Assembly (NCBI GenBank): GCA_964446485.1
Contig: CAYUOU010000001.1
Coordinates: 131,209 to 195,208, forward strand
DNA length: 64,000 nt
Direction: 5' to 3'
Source: an uncultured Desulfobacterales bacterium
GTDB lineage: Bacteria; Desulfobacterota; Desulfobacteria; Desulfobacterales; JBDRRP01
Position numbers and translations under genes: made by a program. Every line of letters starts with the position of its first letter. Position 1 is the stretch's first letter. Of the stretch, positions 9,455 to 19,581 are shown in pieces. The notes under the pieces were generated by a model, which was not told the DNA's origin, did no database searches, and saw only the letters and a list, made by a program, of their open reading frames with translations.

Positions 9455-11821
9455 ATGACCAAAGCCTTCCCAGAGCCACGTGCTTACCGTCGCAAGCTGC
9501 TCCAGGCCATTCTGCTGCCGGTGCTCGTGGTGGGGGGGCTTTGCGCCATCCTGGCGGTTCAATTCCTGACGCCACCACTCCTTAAATTTATCGAGGACCG
9601 AATTACCGCGGAGCTGCGACTTGCCACCCGGTTGGGCATTGCCATTTGTGACAATCACTTCAACTACCTTTTGGAATTGCGCCTCGAGGGCAACCCCGAG
9701 TTCAACGCTGCGCTGAAGACGGAGGCCGTGGAAGAAATCAAGGCCATCAGCCGTCAATTCCACCAGATTCAGATGATTGTCATCGAGGGGCGCAACAGCA
9801 TCATTGGACACTCCCAGCAACTGATTTCGACGACACAGGGTTTTCCGGTGTTGGACCCCAATGTCTCCCGTATCGAAGAATACGATTTTTGGGGACATCC
9901 AGTGAAGGCCCATTTGCAGGTATTTCCATTTTGGGACTGGACCATTGTGAGCTATACGCTTGAAAGCGACTATTTGGCCCCGATCCGAATGGCCCGGCGG
10001 GTGGTCTATCTGGGCACCTTTGGTGTGCTGGCAGTCGTTTGGATCGTCCTGCTCATAGTGGTGCGCCAATCCATCAGCAGCCCTCTCAAGCAACTGGTGA
10101 GCGCGGCTGAAGATGTGGCGGGCGGCCGGTTTTCCCCGTTGCCGCTGAAACGCAATGACGAAATTGGCAGAGTGGTCGATACGTTCAATTTCATGGTTGA
10201 TCAGCTGGATCAGCAGACTCGTGAACTCACCGATCTGATCGGCGCATTGAGAGACTCGGAAGGTCGATATCGCGATCTCTTCGAAGGGGCGAGGGAGGGC
10301 ATCCTCGTGGCCAATGCGGAAACATTGGATCTCGTTTTTGCCAACCCGGCTATCTGCAGGATGCTGGGATATTCGGAGTCTACACTCACTAAAATGCGGG
10401 CATCGGACGTTCACCCCGAAGATCAGGTGGGGCGAGTGCTATCCAGGCTCACATCGTTGACCGAAAACAGCAATTTCACGCAACTGGCTGGAATTTCATG
10501 CATCCGCAGCGATGGAGGTGTCATCCAGGCGGACATCAAGGTGACCCGTATCGTCATGGACGGCGCGGTTCATTATCTGAGCTACTTTACCGACGTCACC
10601 GAGCAGGTTCGGTCGGTTGCCGAAAAACGCGAGTTGGAAACCCGTCTTCTGCGAGCAGAGAAGATGGAGGCCATTGGCCTACTTGCCGGCGGGGTCGCCC
10701 ATGATCTGAACAACATTCTGAGCGGCCTTGTGAGTTACCCGGAACTGCTTCTCTCGGATTTGCCGGAAGACAGCCCCCTCAGAAAACCCCTGCAGACCAT
10801 CGAAAGATCCGGAACAAGAGCCGCAGCAATCGTCCAGGATTTGCTGACACTGGCCCGCCGGGGTGTTTCCGTCTCCGAGGTCGTCAATCTCAACAGCATT
10901 ATCGACACCTATCGTGGCTCTCCCGAATTCGTCACCATTAAAGACCTCCATCCAAAAATCAGCTTCACCTTCGACTTGACACCGGATTTGTTGAATATAT
11001 TGGGCTCTCCTATCCATCTCTCGAAGACAATTATGAACCTGATGTCCAATGCTGCAGAAGCTTCCACGGAAAGTGGCGGCTGTATTACGGTGAAAACTCG
11101 AAACCGTTATATTGATTGCCCCGTCAGCGGCTATGATAAGGTCGACGAGGGTGATTATGTGATGGTCACCGTCGCCGATGAGGGCATTGGAATATCCCCG
11201 GAGGATCTTCCCCGGATCTTCGAGCCCTTTTATAGCAAAAAAGTCATGGGGCGTAGCGGCACCGGTTTAGGTATGGCCGTGGTATGGGGCACGGTGAAGG
11301 ACCACCGGGGATATATCAACGTCACTAGTGAAACCCATATTGGCACGACGTTTGAGCTTTACTTCCCCGTCACGCGCTGCCGCTGCGAAGGCCCTCGGGA
11401 AAAAACCTCTCTGGACGCACTCAAGGGAAGCGGGGAGCATGTACTTGTGGTGGACGACATCGCTGAACAGCGCGAAATCGCCAGTGAAATGTTGAGCCGC
11501 CTGGGCTACAGCGTAGATACCGTTGCCAGCGGTGAGGCTGCGGCCGCTTTCGTCGCGGCAACGCCCGTCGACCTTGTGGTACTTGACATGATTATGGACC
11601 CTGGCATGGACGGTCTTGATACATACCGGTCAATTCTCTACCATCGTCCCGGTCAGCGGGCCATCATCACCAGCGGTTTCTCGGAAACCGACCGCGTCAA
11701 GGAGGCGCAGCGACTCGGCGCGCGCGAGTACATTCGCAAGCCGTATACGTTGGAGGCAATCGGCCGGGCGGTGAAAAACGCTTTAACTGACAATCCGGTG
11801 CGCAACCTCATTCATCTATGA
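9455..11821 (+). CDS. hybrid sensor histidine kinase/response regulator (periplasmic Cache-like domain, HAMP, PAS, HisKA, HATPase_c, REC)
   Basis: Two TM helices flank a ~150-aa periplasmic segment. H-box GGVAHDLNNIL, G-boxes DEGIGI and GTGLGMAVV, and a C-terminal receiver VLVVDD...VVLDMIMDPGMDG...IRKP. Confidence 0.9.
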   Translation: MTKAFPEPRAYRRKLLQAILLPVLVVGGLCAILAVQFLTPPLLKFIEDRITAELRLATRLGIAICDNHFNYLLELRLEGNPEFNAALKTEAVEEIKAISRQFHQIQMIVIEGRNSIIGHSQQLISTTQGFPVLDPNVSRIEEYDFWGHPVKAHLQVFPFWDWTIVSYTLESDYLAPIRMARRVVYLGTFGVLAVVWIVLLIVVRQSISSPLKQLVSAAEDVAGGRFSPLPLKRNDEIGRVVDTFNFMVDQLDQQTRELTDLIGALRDSEGRYRDLFEGAREGILVANAETLDLVFANPAICRMLGYSESTLTKMRASDVHPEDQVGRVLSRLTSLTENSNFTQLAGISCIRSDGGVIQADIKVTRIVMDGAVHYLSYFTDVTEQVRSVAEKRELETRLLRAEKMEAIGLLAGGVAHDLNNILSGLVSYPELLLSDLPEDSPLRKPLQTIERSGTRAAAIVQDLLTLARRGVSVSEVVNLNSIIDTYRGSPEFVTIKDLHPKISFTFDLTPDLLNILGSPIHLSKTIMNLMSNAAEASTESGGCITVKTRNRYIDCPVSGYDKVDEGDYVMVTVADEGIGISPEDLPRIFEPFYSKKVMGRSGTGLGMAVVWGTVKDHRGYINVTSETHIGTTFELYFPVTRCRCEGPREKTSLDALKGSGEHVLVVDDIAEQREIASEMLSRLGYSVDTVASGEAAAAFVAATPVDLVVLDMIMDPGMDGLDTYRSILYHRPGQRAIITSGFSETDRVKEAQRLGAREYIRKPYTLEAIGRAVKNALTDNPVRNLIHL

Positions 11822-12072
11822 GGTGAAAAAAAGAGGTGAAAAAAATACGCCAAAAAATCCGAATCAAAGACAGCATCAGTCCGATGGTGCAGCGGCTAAA
11901 CTTTGCCCGCCATCCTAAGGATGTGCGCGTATTTCATTGCCTTGATTTCCTTTGTGTATCCGGTTAGCGTGGCGTTCCCATTTTTTATGTTAGGCACACG
12001 ATGTCGCTTTTCGAATCGGAGACGCAAATGATATTCAGGAATCCAATATCGGCCGGCGCTCGCAGCCACTGC

Positions 12073-12711
12073 ATGAAAATCGTGATCGCCGCCGCCCTCA
12101 TACTCGCGCCGACATTGTCCGGATGCAGCAAAGCTCCCCAGCGCTTCAACTCGTTGGACCATAAATTGTCGGGGCTGACCCGGGGGCCCCTCTATGATTC
12201 AGGCATCGCCTTCATCACGCCTTCTTCGGTGACCGGGCAGGAAGAAGAAAAACAGGCCGTGGCCTTCATCTTCGCAGACGAATTGTCAAAGGTTTTGCCG
12301 GATCTCAACATCGTTCACCTGTCGGAGACCCTCAGCGCCATCAACGCCGCCGGGCTGGCAGATGATTACCGCCGGATGTACGCCAACTACAAGGACACCG
12401 GCATATTTGACGGCGGCACCCTCCGCCGGATCGGTGAGGCCACCGGCACCCGATACCTTGGCCAGCTCAAACTGGCCGCCTTTCAGCAGGGCAGCATGGG
12501 CCGGTTCAGCGTCTTTGGTTTGCGGCTGATCGAAACCAAGTATGCCAATCTAAGACTGTTTTTTCAGATCTGGGATGCCACCACCGGCGGTATCGTATGG
12601 GAGGGCATCCAGGAGTTGAACTGGTCTGAGGAAGCGGTGGCGGAAAAAACCGTCACGCTGCAAAATGTGTTGGCCTATACGGCGGCTCAGATGGCCATCA
12701 ATCTGCCCTGA
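12073..12711 (+). CDS. hypothetical lipoprotein
   Basis: Track ORF 12001..12711 trimmed to MKIVIAAALILAPTLSGC, which has an LSGC lipobox. No family recognised. Confidence 0.55.
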   Translation: MKIVIAAALILAPTLSGCSKAPQRFNSLDHKLSGLTRGPLYDSGIAFITPSSVTGQEEEKQAVAFIFADELSKVLPDLNIVHLSETLSAINAAGLADDYRRMYANYKDTGIFDGGTLRRIGEATGTRYLGQLKLAAFQQGSMGRFSVFGLRLIETKYANLRLFFQIWDATTGGIVWEGIQELNWSEEAVAEKTVTLQNVLAYTAAQMAINLP

Positions 12712-12716
12712 TGAAA

Positions 12717-14327
12717 TTACCCTCCCATACCTGACCGGGGCGGTGCCTTCTTTTTCATTTGAGACATGATGTATTCCGAGAGGGCGGTGATCGTCAGACT
12801 GGGATTTACCCCAAGGTTTACCGGCACCACCGACCCATCTGTCACGTAAAGATTTGGGTAGCCGAAGACCTCGCCGTCAATACCCACCACCCCCCGCTCC
12901 GGAGCATCGGCCATGGCGCACCCACCAAGGATGTGCGCCGTGCTGGGGGCATCCAGGAAAACCTCAAACCAGGAGCCTTGAGGCTCACCATCCATTCGCG
13001 CCGCCATCCGTCTGGCGACCTCATTGGCAATGGGGATGTAGCTTGGAATGCGCTCCTGACCCGAAGGCACCTCGGAGTTCACGCTCCACCCGCCAAGTCG
13101 CCACCACCGACGTCGGTAGTTCAGCCGCAGATAGTTTTCAGCGGTCTGCATGACCAACAGCACACTCGTTCGCGATGCGGCGCCGGGAATCCAAATCTGG
13201 CGTAAAAACTCCATGGGTTTGTGGGCGACGTTTCTGAGGAACTCGATCTGTCGCGGGCGCCCCGTGTCGCCGTCGGTGAGCATATTGAGCAGGCCAAAGA
13301 GTACATCGGACCCCTTGTTCAGGCGCACCATTTCAATGTGGGTTTCTTCGTCCGGATAGATGCCGGAAGTGATGGCGATCTGATCGTTCCAATTGGTTTT
13401 CCGGTCCCTGGAGCGCACCGTCAGCAAGGCCTCGGAATTGGTTCTGACATAATTGCCCAGCTGGTTCGAAATATTGGGCAGCCAGCCTTTCTGGCGGCAT
13501 TTCATCAGCAGGGGGACGGTGCCCATCACGCCGCCGCTCAGCACCACGCCGCCGGCGCGGTATACTTTTCTCGGGTGTTGCACCCCGGTGGATCGTCGGG
13601 TGAGCAGTTGGTAGCCGGATGAATCAGGTCGAATTCCCAGCACCTCGGTTTCCGGGATGATGTCGGCCCCATAGTGGGATTCGGCCAGATAAAGATAGTT
13701 TTTGTCCAGGGTGTTTTTCGCCCCCACCGGGCACCCGATCATGCAGGCCCCGCAGAAGGTGCATCCGGTTCGCGTTGGTCCCCTGCCGTCGAAATAAGGA
13801 TCGCTGACCGTCCGGTCAGGCGTTCCGAAGAAAACGCCGACATCATTTTTGTGAAAGGTATCTTCGCCCCGGAGTTCGATGCCTACCCGCCGAAGGTGGC
13901 GATCGGCAACCCCTACCTGAGGGCTGGGGTTGGCGCCCAGCATGCGCCGGGCCTCCTGGTAATGGGGCGCCAGCGTGGTTTTGGGTTGGGTGAAGCCCCA
14001 CCCGGACTTTTCAAACACCTCGTCTGGGGGAATGAGCAACTGGTTGGCGTATACCAGGCTGCCCCCGCCCACCCCGCCGCCGTGGAGCACCAGCACATGC
14101 TTGAACAGGGTGAGCATCTGGATCCCGTAAAGCCCGAGTTGGGGCAGCCAGATGTTCTTCCGTAGATTCCAACTCGTTCGAGGAAAATCTTCGGTTCGGT
14201 AGCGTTTGCCCTTCTCCAGGACAGCAACCCGGTAGCCTTTTTCGGCCAGCCTCAGGGCAGATACACTGCCGCCGAAACCGGATCCGACAATGATGAAATC
14301 ATATTCGGTGGACTGCATTGCGGTCAT
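12717..14327 (-). CDS. GMC family oxidoreductase (cholesterol oxidase-like flavoprotein)
   Basis: N-terminal FAD fold YDFIIVGSGFGGSVSALRLAEKGYRVAVLEKG. 536 aa. GGAGG SD. Lies 80 nt downstream of dsrP on the same strand. Confidence 0.85.
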   Translation of the reverse strand: MTAMQSTEYDFIIVGSGFGGSVSALRLAEKGYRVAVLEKGKRYRTEDFPRTSWNLRKNIWLPQLGLYGIQMLTLFKHVLVLHGGGVGGGSLVYANQLLIPPDEVFEKSGWGFTQPKTTLAPHYQEARRMLGANPSPQVGVADRHLRRVGIELRGEDTFHKNDVGVFFGTPDRTVSDPYFDGRGPTRTGCTFCGACMIGCPVGAKNTLDKNYLYLAESHYGADIIPETEVLGIRPDSSGYQLLTRRSTGVQHPRKVYRAGGVVLSGGVMGTVPLLMKCRQKGWLPNISNQLGNYVRTNSEALLTVRSRDRKTNWNDQIAITSGIYPDEETHIEMVRLNKGSDVLFGLLNMLTDGDTGRPRQIEFLRNVAHKPMEFLRQIWIPGAASRTSVLLVMQTAENYLRLNYRRRWWRLGGWSVNSEVPSGQERIPSYIPIANEVARRMAARMDGEPQGSWFEVFLDAPSTAHILGGCAMADAPERGVVGIDGEVFGYPNLYVTDGSVVPVNLGVNPSLTITALSEYIMSQMKKKAPPRSGMGG

Positions 14328-14407
14328 GGCCCCCTCCCCCAGGAAAAATGATGCATGACATTAGAAGGAGTCCCCTGGGGATGAGGTTTTTTCTGGCTGC
14401 GATTCGG

Positions 14408-15568
14408 CTAGACGCCGGCCGCTTCTTCTTTGACGCCCACGGCGATCTTGAAAAGGATGGTCAGGACGATGAAGCCAGTAGCCCACACGCCCAGGGTGAT
14501 CATGATCTCCGGGAAGGTGGGAAAATACTCGTTGACTTCGTGCAGCGGGTTCGGTGTGAACCCGCCGGCGATCATGCCCATTCCCTTGTCGATCCAGGTG
14601 CCCGCAAAAACCATGGCGCAGGTGATGGCCAAGGTGCCTTCGTTGCGGCGCACCATGGGAAAGAGCAGCAGGGTGATGGCGCCCACCATGAGGGCCATGG
14701 CCGTCCACATCCAAATGACGTATCCCCCGTGGCCATGGAGGCCGAAGAAGAGGTACTTGATATGGTCCATGTGCGCCGGAATGTTGCTGTAGAAGGCGAC
14801 AAAAACCTCGCAGAGGAAAAAGAACACGTTGAGGATGAGGGCATAGGTGACGATCTTGGCCAGTGACTGGATCTGCTCACGGCCCGGGTCAAATTTGGTG
14901 AATCGTCGAACGATGAGACACAACAGGATCAGCAGGGACGGACCGGCGGCGAAAGCCGATGCCAGAAACCGCGGGGCCAGGATGGCGGTGAGCCAGAAGT
15001 GCCGCCCCGGCAGGCCGCAGTACAGGTATGCCGTTACGGTGTGGATGCCAACGGCCCAGGGGATGGAAAGATAGATGAGCGGTTTGACCCACGGCGGGTA
15101 GTGGGTGCCGTTTCGCTCGGCTTCCAGCACGTTCCACCCGATGACGATGTTCAGAAACAGGTAGCCGTTCAACACGATCATGTCCCAGAAGAGCATGGAG
15201 TGGGGCGTGGGATACAGGATCACGTTGAGCATCCGCATGGGTTGTCCAAGGTCCACCATGATAAACAGCAGGCACATGCTGATGGCGGCGATGGCCAAAA
15301 ACTCGCCAAGGATGGTAATGCGGCCGAACGCCTTGTAGTCATGGAGATAGTAGGGCAGCACCACCATGACGCCTCCGGCCGCCACACCCACCAGAAAGGT
15401 GAACTGGGCAATGTAAAATCCCCAGGACACGTCACGGGTCATACCGGTGATGCCCAGACCGAATTTAAACTGCCAGAGGTAAAACAGAAAACCGATACCG
15501 GCGATACCGCCCAGGACGGCCAGTAGTCCCCAGTATTTCTTGTCTCCCTTGATTGCATATTCTAGCAT
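14408..15568 (-). CDS. dsrP: DsrP, NrfD/PsrC-like integral membrane subunit of the DsrMKJOP complex
   Basis: 386-aa polytopic membrane protein of NrfD type. It is the last gene of a contiguous M-K-J-O-P array. Confidence 0.85.
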   Translation of the reverse strand: MLEYAIKGDKKYWGLLAVLGGIAGIGFLFYLWQFKFGLGITGMTRDVSWGFYIAQFTFLVGVAAGGVMVVLPYYLHDYKAFGRITILGEFLAIAAISMCLLFIMVDLGQPMRMLNVILYPTPHSMLFWDMIVLNGYLFLNIVIGWNVLEAERNGTHYPPWVKPLIYLSIPWAVGIHTVTAYLYCGLPGRHFWLTAILAPRFLASAFAAGPSLLILLCLIVRRFTKFDPGREQIQSLAKIVTYALILNVFFFLCEVFVAFYSNIPAHMDHIKYLFFGLHGHGGYVIWMWTAMALMVGAITLLLFPMVRRNEGTLAITCAMVFAGTWIDKGMGMIAGGFTPNPLHEVNEYFPTFPEIMITLGVWATGFIVLTILFKIAVGVKEEAAGV

Positions 15569-15596
15569 TGGTACCTCGCCTTATTCGTCCTTGGGT

Positions 15597-16394
15597 TTAT
15601 CCGTGTTCAGGGGTTCCCACGATGTAGTAGACTGACGGGCTGGTGCCCGCCTCAGGTTTCCGCCGGATGGTGAAGTTGGTTCGGAGCAGTTCGCGGATCT
15701 CGGACTCGGGGTCGCTCAGGTCACCGAAAGTGATGGCGCCGTTGGAGACTTCCACGCAGGCCGGCATCTGACCTACGGCCAGGCGTTCCGCGCAGAAGTT
15801 GCATTTTTCCACCACACCTTTGGCGCGGGTGGGGAACTTCAGGTTGGTCTCCTCGATGAAGGGCCGCGGATCGCGAAAGTTGAAGCTACGTGCACCGAAG
15901 GGGCAGGCCGCCATACAGAAGCGGCAGCCGATGCAGCGGTGAAAGTCCATGAGGACAACTCCGTCGGATTCCCGTTTGAAAGTGGCCTGGGTGGGGCAGG
16001 CGCGCACGCAAGAAGGCTCCTCGCAGTGGTTGCAGAGCACCAGCACCGGTGCATGTGCCAGGGCCTCCGCCAGAAACGGGTTCTCCTTGCTGGTGAAGGC
16101 GTGCTTGTACTCGGTCTCCCAGATCCACTTGATCTCGTGGCGTTTATTCTCGAAATGCGGAACATTGTGGACCTTGTGACAGGCTTCTGTGATCGCTTCT
16201 ACGTCCTCCAGCTTGGTCAGGTCGATCACCATTCCCCAGTGCTTGGCGGTCAGCGCATCCGGTCCCTTGCCGATGGTGTATTCCGGCACGGCGCCACCGC
16301 CCGCTCCCAGGGCATCGAGAACCGGCACGGTGGTCAGGCCCAGAGCAGAGAGTCCGGCGATCTTGAGAAAATCTCGTCTCTTGCTTTCCATCAT
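15597..16394 (-). CDS. dsrO: DsrO, periplasmic 4Fe-4S ferredoxin-like subunit
   Basis: Tat signal RRDFLKIAG. Multiple Cys clusters (CNHCEEPSCVRACP, CIGCRFCMAACP, CNFCAERL). Confidence 0.88.
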   Translation of the reverse strand: MMESKRRDFLKIAGLSALGLTTVPVLDALGAGGGAVPEYTIGKGPDALTAKHWGMVIDLTKLEDVEAITEACHKVHNVPHFENKRHEIKWIWETEYKHAFTSKENPFLAEALAHAPVLVLCNHCEEPSCVRACPTQATFKRESDGVVLMDFHRCIGCRFCMAACPFGARSFNFRDPRPFIEETNLKFPTRAKGVVEKCNFCAERLAVGQMPACVEVSNGAITFGDLSDPESEIRELLRTNFTIRRKPEAGTSPSVYYIVGTPEHG

Positions 16395-16780
16395 TGCTTC
16401 TCCTTCGGGTTGTCGATGTGGCAGTCATAGCAGTAGGGCCTGACCGATGCGTAATTGTGACATTGATCGCAGAACTGCTCCTTGTTGTCGTGGCAGTCCA
16501 GGCAGGTGTTTGAGAGGCTCATGTTGTAGGTGTGCCCCTTCTTGTTGGTGTAGATCCGCTCGCCCGTGCGTACCACCGTGTCGCGCCACACGTCCAAGAG
16601 CTGCATGTGTTCGGCCTTCATATATTCCTTGGAACGAACGCACTCTCCGGCCTTCTTGGCTGTTTCCGAAAGCTCCGGCTTTGGCACCGGTGCGGCCTTT
16701 CCCATATTGTACCAGAAGGGGAAGGTGAACACCGCCAGAAAGACGATGAGTCCGGTTAGTATTTTCCCTTTATCATTCAT
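16391..16780 (-). CDS. dsrJ: DsrJ, triheme periplasmic cytochrome c
   Basis: Three CxxCH motifs (CLDCH, CDQCH, CYDCH) after an N-terminal anchor helix. ATG 16780 overlaps the dsrK stop (ATGAATGA). The track ORF extends to 16834. Confidence 0.85.
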   Translation of the reverse strand: MNDKGKILTGLIVFLAVFTFPFWYNMGKAAPVPKPELSETAKKAGECVRSKEYMKAEHMQLLDVWRDTVVRTGERIYTNKKGHTYNMSLSNTCLDCHDNKEQFCDQCHNYASVRPYCYDCHIDNPKEKQ

Positions 16781-18410
16781 CGGATGCCTCCTCCAGCAGG
16801 TCCGCCAGTTCGTCCCCGCGCAGGTTGGTTTCACGGTCGTTTTGCCCCGGCACGTTCAAGGCGTTGGCCACCATTTCATGAAGCCCGGTGACTTCGACAC
16901 CCGGCACCCAGTAGTTCATCAGATCGGGCAGGGCCGCTCGGTCGATGGCGCAGATGGTGGCCAGGGTGTTAACGCCGTGCTTTTCGTGAACGAATTTGAC
17001 CGCGTTGGCCCGCGGCAGACCGCCGGCCATCCTGAGTTCCATGTCTTCGCCGGCGTTCAGGCCGGAACCGGAGCCGCAGCAAAAAGTCTGCTCGCGGATG
17101 GTATTAGCCGGCATTTCGTAGAAGGTGTTGCACACATTCTTGATGACGTATCGGGGTTCGTCGAACATCCCCATGCCGCGAGCGGGGTTGCACGAGTCGT
17201 GGTAGGTCACCTTGAGGTGGTCATTGCGGCTCGGGGTGAGGTCCAGCTTGCCATGCTTGATCAGATCTGCGGTGAATTCGGCGATGTGAACCATCTTGGT
17301 GGAACGGGCGTTTTCAAATTTGGTTCCCGTGATGGGGTTCACCGGTTCTTCGAGAAAGTCGGCAGGCCCGTTCATGGTGTCCATGTACTGGCTGATGACG
17401 CGCCACATGTGACCGCATTCCCCGCCAAGGATCCATTTGACCCCAAGACGCTTGGCCTCCCGATACATCTTGGCATTGAGGCGCTTCATCACTTCGTGGG
17501 AGGTGAAGAACCCAAAATTGCCGCCTTCCGAGGCGTAGGTCGACCAGGTCACCTTGAGCCCGTATCTTTCCTCGAGATAGTGGAACAGCAATAGATAACC
17601 CATGCAGGTGTAGGTGCCCGGGTCGGCGAAGACGTCGCCAGAGGGGGTGATGAAGAGGATGTCGGCCTCCGGGTCCATATAGCGGGGCTTCACTTGCACG
17701 CCGGTGACTTCCTCAAGGTCCTCCACGAAGAAGTCGAGCATGTCTTTGAAGGCATGGGGCTGGATGCCCAGGTGGTTGCCGGTGCGGTTGCAGTTGGCCA
17801 CCGGTGTGGCGATCCAGTCGATGTTGAGCCCGAGGAGGTTCATGATCTCCCGGCCCATGATCGTGATTTCGGCCGTGTCGATGCCGTAGGGGCAGAACAC
17901 CGAGCACCGGCGACATTCTGAGCACTGATAGAGGTAGTACCACCACTCCTTGAGGACATCCATGGTCATGGGGCGTGCGCCGTTGAGTTTGCCAAGGATT
18001 TTACCCAGTTTGGTGAAATCGTTGCGGTAGACGCTTCTCAGCAATTCCGCCCGGAGCACCGGCATGTTCTTGGGATCGCCGGTGCCGATGTAGTAGTGGC
18101 ATTTGTCGGCGCAGGCGCCGCATCGCACGCAGATGTCCATGAAGACTTTGAACGAGCGAAACTTCTCGAGGCGTTCTTTAAAGGCCTCGTGGACGATCTG
18201 CTGCCAGTTATCCGGCAGTTTCCAATCGTCTTCGATGGGATTCCACGGCCTGGCGTTGGGAAGATCCAGGGCCTCGACACTTTTGGGGTTGGCCGCGTAG
18301 CAGTAGATGCCCTGCCGGATTTCCACAGGGATGTCCATCCAGTCCACACCCTTGGGCGGGGTACTGTCGATGTTGGAATAGTATTCGTCGGACTTGGGTA
18401 GTTTGCTCAT
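16773..18410 (-). CDS. dsrK: DsrK, HdrD-like catalytic Fe-S subunit
   Basis: 545 aa. Ferredoxin-type motifs CVRCGACADKC and CSECRRCSVFCP plus C-terminal Cys-rich (CCG-type) regions. Position between dsrM and dsrJ. Confidence 0.9.
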   Translation of the reverse strand: MSKLPKSDEYYSNIDSTPPKGVDWMDIPVEIRQGIYCYAANPKSVEALDLPNARPWNPIEDDWKLPDNWQQIVHEAFKERLEKFRSFKVFMDICVRCGACADKCHYYIGTGDPKNMPVLRAELLRSVYRNDFTKLGKILGKLNGARPMTMDVLKEWWYYLYQCSECRRCSVFCPYGIDTAEITIMGREIMNLLGLNIDWIATPVANCNRTGNHLGIQPHAFKDMLDFFVEDLEEVTGVQVKPRYMDPEADILFITPSGDVFADPGTYTCMGYLLLFHYLEERYGLKVTWSTYASEGGNFGFFTSHEVMKRLNAKMYREAKRLGVKWILGGECGHMWRVISQYMDTMNGPADFLEEPVNPITGTKFENARSTKMVHIAEFTADLIKHGKLDLTPSRNDHLKVTYHDSCNPARGMGMFDEPRYVIKNVCNTFYEMPANTIREQTFCCGSGSGLNAGEDMELRMAGGLPRANAVKFVHEKHGVNTLATICAIDRAALPDLMNYWVPGVEVTGLHEMVANALNVPGQNDRETNLRGDELADLLEEASDE

Positions 18411-18413
18411 CGG

Positions 18414-19493
18414 TTACTCCTTCTCCTCTCCCTCCGGTGCCGGCGCAGCTGCTGCTTCAGCAGGGGCTTCGGGTTCAGGCTCGGGCTCTGGTTCCGGCAT
18501 CTTGACCACCGGCAATCCGGCCTCGACCATCTTTTCCCTGAAATCATCTTCGTAGTGTTCGTAGGAATGCACCTTTACGGGGTAGTTCCACGGGTTTACG
18601 TGGCGCCGAGCGCGGGTGTCGCCGGGCATGTTCCTCGTGGGGCTGAGAAAAATGCCCCCCAGGTGCATGAGTTTGCTGAAGGGAAAGTATGCCAGCAGGA
18701 TACTGACGAAAAACATGTGGACGAAAAAGATGCCGCTGATTCCGTCGGGCACCGTGGGGTGAAAGGTGATCAGCCCCATGGAGAGCTCCTTGACGCCGAC
18801 GATGTCCACTTTGGTGAAATATCGCATCATAATGCCGGTCAGCGCGATACCGCCGATGAGAAACAGCGGGAAGAAGTCACCGGCCTGGCTGATAAGCCTG
18901 ACCTGGGGGATGTAAAGCCGGCGGACAAAGAGGTAAATCACAGCCGCCAGCAGGACAATCCCAGACAGGTATACCACCGGCAGACCCACCTGGAAAAAGC
19001 TGTCCAGGCTTTCCAGCCACTGGAGATAAACGGGAACGGGCTCAAGGAAGAATCGCAGGTGGCGGACCAGCACCGTCAAAAATGCGTAGTGAAAGGCCAA
19101 GGCCGTAATCCATAGGAATATCTCCAGGTTGTAAGTGATGCGGCCATCGGATTTCACTTTCATCCGGGTGTTTCGAAACAGTGAGCGAAATGTCACGATT
19201 TCGAAAAACATGCGCACCACAACGGCCCAGTTGGTTGAGGGGTTGTCGATTTTGGCCTGTTTGATCCAAGGCATTGAGGGCTGCTGCCCGCAGGTCGTGG
19301 TGATGCGAAACGGCACGGCAGAGCGCGCCCAGTTCATCACTCGGGCCGCAAACCCTGCGATGAACACCAGCACGGCCACGTAGGGTAGCACCACCCCGAA
19401 CAGTACGCTCAGGCCAGCGACTTCGACTCCCAGGTAAGCCACCAGGAAGAGTACGAATACGGCGATGAGGGAAAACATGTACTTGGAATTCAT
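18414..19493 (-). CDS. dsrM: DsrM, NarI-like dihaem membrane cytochrome b
   Basis: 359 aa with five or more TM helices. First structural gene of the array. Unusual C-terminal PEPEPEPEPEAPAEAAAAPAPEGEEKE tail. Confidence 0.88.
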   Translation of the reverse strand: MNSKYMFSLIAVFVLFLVAYLGVEVAGLSVLFGVVLPYVAVLVFIAGFAARVMNWARSAVPFRITTTCGQQPSMPWIKQAKIDNPSTNWAVVVRMFFEIVTFRSLFRNTRMKVKSDGRITYNLEIFLWITALAFHYAFLTVLVRHLRFFLEPVPVYLQWLESLDSFFQVGLPVVYLSGIVLLAAVIYLFVRRLYIPQVRLISQAGDFFPLFLIGGIALTGIMMRYFTKVDIVGVKELSMGLITFHPTVPDGISGIFFVHMFFVSILLAYFPFSKLMHLGGIFLSPTRNMPGDTRARRHVNPWNYPVKVHSYEHYEDDFREKMVEAGLPVVKMPEPEPEPEPEAPAEAAAAPAPEGEEKE

Positions 19494-19581
19494 TTACCGA
19501 TACCTCACTCCATGGCCCGGACCATGCCAGTCGGCGGGACTGCCAGCTGGCACCATCGGAGCGCCTTTGAATGAATTTGGG

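Noticed and set aside
14408-19493. dsrMKJOP considered as the 'novel system'.
   Set aside because: It is a well-described membrane complex of dissimilatory sulfur metabolism. Only its context (the GMC gene and the DsrM tail) is noted as mildly unusual.
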